Positions 59,054 to 64,000 of a DNA stretch of 64,000 nucleotides are shown here, piece after piece. Source of the DNA: an uncultured Chloroflexia bacterium (GTDB taxonomy: Bacteria > Chloroflexota > Limnocylindria > Limnocylindrales > CSP1-4); NCBI GenBank assembly GCA_963749705.1, contig CAVVNQ010000015.1, positions 1 through 64,000 on the forward strand. Direction: 5' to 3'. Positions within the stretch are counted from its first letter, which is position 1. Every line of letters starts with the position of its first letter. The notes beneath the pieces were generated by a model. The model was not told where the DNA came from and did no database searches. It saw only the letters and a program-made list of their open reading frames with translations. The position numbers and the translations under genes were made by a program.

Positions 59054-60328
59054 TTGACCGGCATCCCGCCGCGCCGGGTGTCGCTGATCGTGATCGATGG
59101 TGCGGGCGAAGTGCTCGGTCGCCTGCCCGAGTTCCCCGTGGCGACACCGTGGTGGCAGGAGGTCCGACCGGTCGTCGAGGGCGCCCGCGAGCGGTTCGGG
59201 CTCGACATCGTGGTGCTCCGCCTGTTCGATTCCGAGCTGCCCAAGCCGCAGGGCGGCGGCGTGATGTACGTGGCCCAGGCGCAGGGCCCCCTGCCCGACG
59301 GTGCGGCGGCGGTGCTGGAGCCGTTCGACGGCGTTCTCGTGGACGACGCCCAACGGCTGCGCTGGGCCGAGCCGGGCGGCCCGGGTGCCGACCTTGCCTG
59401 GGCGGAGGACGTGCTCCGCGTGCGGCGCCTCGAGCGGACCGGTCCCGCGGAGCAGCTGCGATCCTGGAACCTGTCGAGCATCTGGCGGCTGCCGCTCGTG
59501 GATGGCGCCGCATGGCTCAAGGTCGTGCCGCCGTTCTTCGCGCACGAGGGCGACATCCTGCGTCGATTGCAGGGCGGTCCGGTCCCGCGCCTGCTCGGCC
59601 ACGATGGCGACCGGATCCTGCTCGAGGACATCCCGGGCGTGGACCAGCACGGCGCCGAGCTTCCCGAGCTGCTCGAGATCGTGTCGTCGCTGGTGGACCT
59701 GCAGGCGCGCTGGATCGGGCGCTCGGACGAGCTGCTGGCGATGGGGCTGCCGGACTGGCGCGGGGCCGGCCTGGCCGCGTCGATCGAGTCCGTCGTCGAG
59801 CGGCGGGCGAGCCAGGTCCCGGATGGTGCCCGCGGGGCGCTGGCCGCGTTCGTCGCGGGTCTGCCGGCGCGGTTCGAGGCGCTCGATGCGTGCGGGATCC
59901 CGCCGACCTTCGTCCATGGCGACTTCCACCCCGGCAACGTGCGCGGCGGGACCGAGACGGGTGGTGGCAACCCGGCCGCGGCGCGCGCGACCGATAGCCC
60001 CGGGTTCACGATCCTCGACTGGGGCGACTGCGGCGTCGGCAGCCCACTGCTCGACATGTCGGCATTCCTCGACCGGGTGCCGCCGGCCGCGGCCCCGATC
60101 CTCCGCGACCACTGGGCCTCGGAGTGGCGGCGGCACGTGCCCGGCTCGCATCCTGCCCGGGCTGCCGAGCTGATCGCCCCGCTCGCCGCCGCGCGCCAGG
60201 CGGTGATCTACCAGCTGTTCGTGGACAGCATCGAGCCGGTCGAGCGGCGTCACCACGACGCCGACGTGGTCGACTGGCTGGTACGCACGGCCGACCAGAC
60301 GCTGCTCGAAGCGACGGCCGTCCACTGA
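59054..60328 (+). CDS. Aminoglycoside phosphotransferase/choline kinase-like protein
   Basis: WLK, HGDFHPGN, ILDWGD; start uncertain. Confidence 0.85.
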   Translation: MTGIPPRRVSLIVIDGAGEVLGRLPEFPVATPWWQEVRPVVEGARERFGLDIVVLRLFDSELPKPQGGGVMYVAQAQGPLPDGAAAVLEPFDGVLVDDAQRLRWAEPGGPGADLAWAEDVLRVRRLERTGPAEQLRSWNLSSIWRLPLVDGAAWLKVVPPFFAHEGDILRRLQGGPVPRLLGHDGDRILLEDIPGVDQHGAELPELLEIVSSLVDLQARWIGRSDELLAMGLPDWRGAGLAASIESVVERRASQVPDGARGALAAFVAGLPARFEALDACGIPPTFVHGDFHPGNVRGGTETGGGNPAAARATDSPGFTILDWGDCGVGSPLLDMSAFLDRVPPAAAPILRDHWASEWRRHVPGSHPARAAELIAPLAAARQAVIYQLFVDSIEPVERRHHDADVVDWLVRTADQTLLEATAVH

Positions 60329-60400
60329 GCTGGTGGTCCGATGGGCCGCGACGCTTGCCGCACGCGAGCGTCGCCCCGGCCAGCAGCCGCTCGCGCCGGC

Positions 60401-60550
60401 GGCCGGTGGGCACGTGCCCGTTGGTACCCGTTTGTGTCTGGTAGTCCTGACGCGCCTGCTCGTCCCGGGTGACCGGGACAGCCAGCACCCATGCGGCTGC
60501 CTGACGCGGATTCCGGCCTGAGCCGAGGGGAACGGGGCGTTTCACAGGCC
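60401..60550 (+). ncRNA. Candidate 6S-RNA-like rod-shaped ncRNA
   Basis: Ends pair (GGCC.GTGGG..GCCCGTT / AACGGGGC..TTCAC.GGCC); apical stem GTCCCGG-GTGA-CCGGGAC; GCACCCA..GCGGATTC resembles the 6S 3' strand. Confidence 0.4.
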
Positions 60551-60577
60551 GAATAGTCGCCGCAGTCCTCAATGACA

Positions 60578-60647
60578 CGACTCGGACCGGCGGCGCGGCG
60601 ACTCGGACCGGCGGCGCGGCGACTCGGACCGGCGGCGCGGCGACTCG
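60578..60647 (+). repeat. 21-bp tandem repeat CGACTCGGACCGGCGGCGCGG x3
   Basis: Read directly. Confidence 0.9.
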
Positions 60648-60710
60648 CCCCGGCCTGCCGCAACGCGCCCGGGTAATCCACGGTGGAGCCGCCGCTGCTA
60701 CCGTCAGTGC

Positions 60711-62729
60711 GTGCCACGCGTCGAACCCGATCAGCTGCTCGCCGACCTCGATCCGGAGCAGCGCGCTGCCGTCCTCGCGACGAGCGGGCCGGTCGCGATC
60801 CTGGCCGGCGCAGGAACCGGCAAGACGCGCGTCATCAGCCGTCGGACCGCCTACGCGATCGCGACCGGGGTCGTGCCCGCGGACCAGGTGCTCGTGGTCA
60901 CGTTCACCGACAAGGCCGCGGGCGAGATGGTCGATCGCCTGCGCGCATTGGGCCTGCCCGGCGTGACCGCCCGTACGTTCCACGCCCACGCGCTGCGCCA
61001 GCTCCGGCACTTCTGGCCCGGCCGCCACGACGGGTCGCCGCTGCCGGGCATCCTGGATTCCAAGCTGCCGATCCTGGGACGCCTCGCCCGACAGCTGCCC
61101 GGTCACTACCGGTTCACGCCCGCCAAGGACCTCGCCGACGAGATCGAGTGGGCCAAGTCGAGGCGGATCTCGGCGGCGACGTACCGGCGCGAGGCGGTCA
61201 CCGCGGCCGGCCGCGAGCCGCCGATCCCGGTCGACCTGTTCACGCGGGTGTTCGACGGCTACGAGGCGGCGAAGACGCGGGCGAACCGCATCGACTTCGA
61301 CGACCTGCTGGTCGAGACGGTCGGCCTCCTCGAGACCGACGCCGACGCCGCCGCGACCGTGCGGGCGCGCAAGGGCTGGTTCAGCGTGGACGAGTACCAG
61401 GACACCAGCCCGCTCCAGCAGCGGCTGCTCGAGCTGTGGCTCGGCGAGCGTCGCGAGCTGTGCGTGGTGGGTGACGAGGACCAGACGATCTACTCGTTCA
61501 CCGGCGCGTCCTCGGGCTTCCTGACCTCGTTCGCGGCGCGCTGGCCGGGTGCCACCGAGATCGCGCTGGTCCGCAACTACCGATCGACGCCGCAGGTGCT
61601 GGAGCTCGCGAACCGGCTGATCGCCGCCGAGGGCGGGACGAAGCGACTCGAGGCGACGAGGGATGCCGGCCCGGAACCGGCGATCACCCGCAACGTCTCG
61701 GCGGACGCGGAGCTGGCCGCGCTGGTGGCCGCGATCCGGGCCCGGATCGCGGATGGCGTCGCCCCGGCAGAGGTCGCCGTGCTGGTCAGGATGAACGCGC
61801 AGCTCGCCCCGATCGAGGAGGCGCTGACGCGCGCGGGCGTCCCGTATCAGGTCCGTGGGCTCCGGTTCTACGACCGCCCGGAGGTGCGCAGCGCCGTCGC
61901 CAGCCTGCGCCGTCGCGGGCTCGACGCTCGCGGGTTCGAGCTTCGGGCCGCCATCCGCAACCGATGGGCCGAGGACGTGGGCTACGAGGAGCAGGGGATC
62001 CCCGAGGGCGACGAGGCGCGCGAGCGCCAGGCCTCGCTCGAGACGCTGCTGGCGATCGTCGACACCGTCGTCCGGGCGAGCGCGTCCGCCGACGCGGCGA
62101 GCGTCCTCGCGGAGCTCGAGGCACGCGCCGCGCACGAGCAGGCGGGTGCGGCGGACGGCGTGAACCTGCTGACCTACCACCGCGCCAAGGGCCTCGAGTG
62201 GGACGCCGTGTTCCTCCCGGCGCTGGAGGAGGGGAGCCTCCCGATCCGCCAGTCGCGCGACGACGACGCTGCGCTCGAGGAGGAGCGGCGGCTGCTGTAC
62301 GTCGGCATCACCCGGGCGCGGACGCATCTAGCGCTGTCATGGGCGGAGCGCCGCGAGACCCGCGGCAAGGAGGCCAAGCGACAGCCCAGCCGGTTCCTGC
62401 TCGACCTCCGGCCACGGCCGAAGCGGACCGTCCGCGACCTGCCCGGCCCGCCGGCGTTCGTACGGGCACCTCGCGCGGGGACCGACGGGGACCCGCTGTT
62501 CGCGGCGCTGCGCGAGTGGCGGACCGCGCGCGCGCGCGACGAAGCGGTCCCGCCGTATGTCATCGCGCACGATGCGACCCTGGCGGCGATCGCCGAGACG
62601 CGGCCACGGACGATGGCCGGGCTGCGGCGTGTCAAGGGGATGGGTCCGGCCAAGCTGGAGAGGTACGGCGACGAGATCCTGTCGGTGGTCGAGGCGTCGG
62701 AGGCGTCGCGCGCTCAGCAGAACCAGTAG
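60711..62729 (+). CDS. uvrD2: UvrD2-type ATP-dependent DNA helicase with HRDC domain
   Basis: AGAGTGKT, DEYQD, GDEDQ, NYRST, AKGLEW, YVGITRA; HRDC PPYVIAHDATL..KLERYG. Confidence 0.92.
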   Translation: MPRVEPDQLLADLDPEQRAAVLATSGPVAILAGAGTGKTRVISRRTAYAIATGVVPADQVLVVTFTDKAAGEMVDRLRALGLPGVTARTFHAHALRQLRHFWPGRHDGSPLPGILDSKLPILGRLARQLPGHYRFTPAKDLADEIEWAKSRRISAATYRREAVTAAGREPPIPVDLFTRVFDGYEAAKTRANRIDFDDLLVETVGLLETDADAAATVRARKGWFSVDEYQDTSPLQQRLLELWLGERRELCVVGDEDQTIYSFTGASSGFLTSFAARWPGATEIALVRNYRSTPQVLELANRLIAAEGGTKRLEATRDAGPEPAITRNVSADAELAALVAAIRARIADGVAPAEVAVLVRMNAQLAPIEEALTRAGVPYQVRGLRFYDRPEVRSAVASLRRRGLDARGFELRAAIRNRWAEDVGYEEQGIPEGDEARERQASLETLLAIVDTVVRASASADAASVLAELEARAAHEQAGAADGVNLLTYHRAKGLEWDAVFLPALEEGSLPIRQSRDDDAALEEERRLLYVGITRARTHLALSWAERRETRGKEAKRQPSRFLLDLRPRPKRTVRDLPGPPAFVRAPRAGTDGDPLFAALREWRTARARDEAVPPYVIAHDATLAAIAETRPRTMAGLRRVKGMGPAKLERYGDEILSVVEASEASRAQQNQ

Positions 62730-62759
62730 CGCCCGCGGGCTCCGCCCAGCGCGTTCGTT

Positions 62760-63557
62760 TCAGGCGGCCAGGTCGCGACGCCGGAACGCCCACAGGGCAG
62801 CAGCCCAACCCGCGACCGCGATGGCCGCGAACAGCGCGAGGTCGCCGATCGGGAACGTCCCGTCATCGATGATCGCGGTCGTGCCGAAGTGGTTCCACGC
62901 GGACAGCGCGCCGATCCAGTGCCAGTCCGCGGAGACCCCGGAGATGACGAACAGCACGTACATCAGGATGAGGACGCCACCGACGGTCCCGACGCTCGTG
63001 CCCCGGCTCAGCGTCACAACGGACACGAGGCAGGCGGGCGCGGCGATCGCACACCCGAACGCGAACGCGAGCACGCCCGCCAGCGTGAAGTTGACGAGAT
63101 CGAAGTCGGCACCGACGAGGCGTCCCACGGCCCACACGCCGAGGACCGCGGCCAGTGCGAGCACCGCCATCACGACGACCTGTCCGGCGATCGACGCCAG
63201 CAGATACCGGACCCGAGACGCGCCCGTGGCCAGCGGCAGGTCCAGGAAGCCGCGGTCGAGGTCCGTCGCGACGGCCCGGGTGCCCAGCAGCAGGCCGGCG
63301 ATGGAGGCGATGATCGGCCACAGCCAGCTCGCGACGTAGGTGGTGAAGAACACGCCGGGATCGGACAGCAGCCCGGTCATCCCGAACGCCGCCAGGAACT
63401 CCTTGGGGAACGTCTCCATGTACGCCGAGAACAGCTCGTCGTTCTCGAGCATGATCGGGTACATCGCACCCATCAGCGCTCCATAGCCCAGCAGGACGAT
63501 CCCGAGCCACAGGAGGATCGAGCGGTTGCGGCGCATCTCGAGCCGGAACGCGATCAT
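62760..63557 (-). CDS. ABC-2 type transporter permease
   Basis: 6 TMs, DLDRGFLDL.LA...SR, C-terminal FRRRDL. Confidence 0.88.
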   Translation of the reverse strand: MIAFRLEMRRNRSILLWLGIVLLGYGALMGAMYPIMLENDELFSAYMETFPKEFLAAFGMTGLLSDPGVFFTTYVASWLWPIIASIAGLLLGTRAVATDLDRGFLDLPLATGASRVRYLLASIAGQVVVMAVLALAAVLGVWAVGRLVGADFDLVNFTLAGVLAFAFGCAIAAPACLVSVVTLSRGTSVGTVGGVLILMYVLFVISGVSADWHWIGALSAWNHFGTTAIIDDGTFPIGDLALFAAIAVAGWAAALWAFRRRDLAA

Positions 63558-64000
63558 GCCGGCACCTCCACGCGGCCGTCGGTGGGGCCGTCGGTGGGGC
63601 CCGCGCCGGGACCCGCGGCGATCGGGCCCGCGGCGGCGTCCTCGGCGCGGTAGTAGCGGAGGAACAGGTCCTCGACATCAGGGGTGGTGATCGAGATGTC
63701 GCGGACGTCGAGGCGGGCGATCCGGTCCAGCAGTGGGTTCACGTCGCCACGGACCATCAGGTGGACCTCGCGCCCGGTCGTCGTCGCAACCTCCACGTTT
63801 GGCAGGTCGAACGCATCGTGCGGCGGCGGTGCCGCCAGGACGAGGTTGATCGACCGCCAGTGCGTGCCCATCAGCTCGCCGACCGTCGAGACATCGACGA
63901 TCCGCCCGTCGCGGATGATCGCGACCCGGTCGCACACCCGCTCGACCTCGACCAGGTTGTGACTCGACAGGAACAGCGTCCGGCCGTCGGCACGCGCCTC
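63554..64000 (-). CDS. ABC transporter ATP-binding subunit (5' end outside the window)
   Basis: GRTLFLSSHNLVEVERVCDRVAIIRDG H-loop; EDLFL tail. Confidence 0.9.
   Translation of the reverse strand, partial: EARADGRTLFLSSHNLVEVERVCDRVAIIRDGRIVDVSTVGELMGTHWRSINLVLAAPPPHDAFDLPNVEVATTTGREVHLMVRGDVNPLLDRIARLDVRDISITTPDVEDLFLRYYRAEDAAAGPIAAGPGAGPTDGPTDGRVEVPA

Noticed and set aside
60407-60423. GGGCA-CG-TGCCCGTT as a third LuxR operator
   Set aside because: The spacer is only 2 nt, and the sequence is better explained as part of the candidate ncRNA stem.

Overview
Very GC-rich bacterial chromosomal window. Gene content and style suggest Chloroflexota (Limnocylindria-like) or Actinomycetota; this is inference. 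It holds about 48 CDS, with no rRNA, tRNA, CRISPR array or recognisable transposase. Main blocks: (1) 0.2-11 kb, a surface protein (3 FN3 + 3 CWB2 repeats) and a LuxR-headed operon whose proteins resemble the accessory/effector genes of actinobacterial contractile injection system (CIS) clusters. No sheath, tube or baseplate genes are present. An AACGGGCA-n7/8-TGCCCG(T/A)T palindrome links this operon to a distant effector-like gene at 50 kb. (2) An XRE-HTH/PD-(D/E)XK nuclease gene whose 3' end lies inside a covarying structured repeat that recurs twice without the gene. (3) A nitrogen/anaplerosis cluster: ppc, PtsP-like GAF kinase + OmpR regulator, small CxxC protein, gltB and amtB, with shared GlnR-box-like direct repeats. 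(4) An orphan Flp pilin behind a two-component system. (5) Metabolic and transport genes, MerR+vWA, NERD-helicase, GGDEF-EAL, UvrD2 and an ABC transporter. A second family of paired inverted repeats occurs three times, once bracketing a two-gene cassette. A 6S-RNA-like rod lies at about 60.4 kb. Many genes appear leaderless. Frameshifts in gltB, the Na+/H+ antiporter and 8.4-9.1 kb suggest long-read indel errors. All family calls are pattern recognition from the sequence, without database searches.
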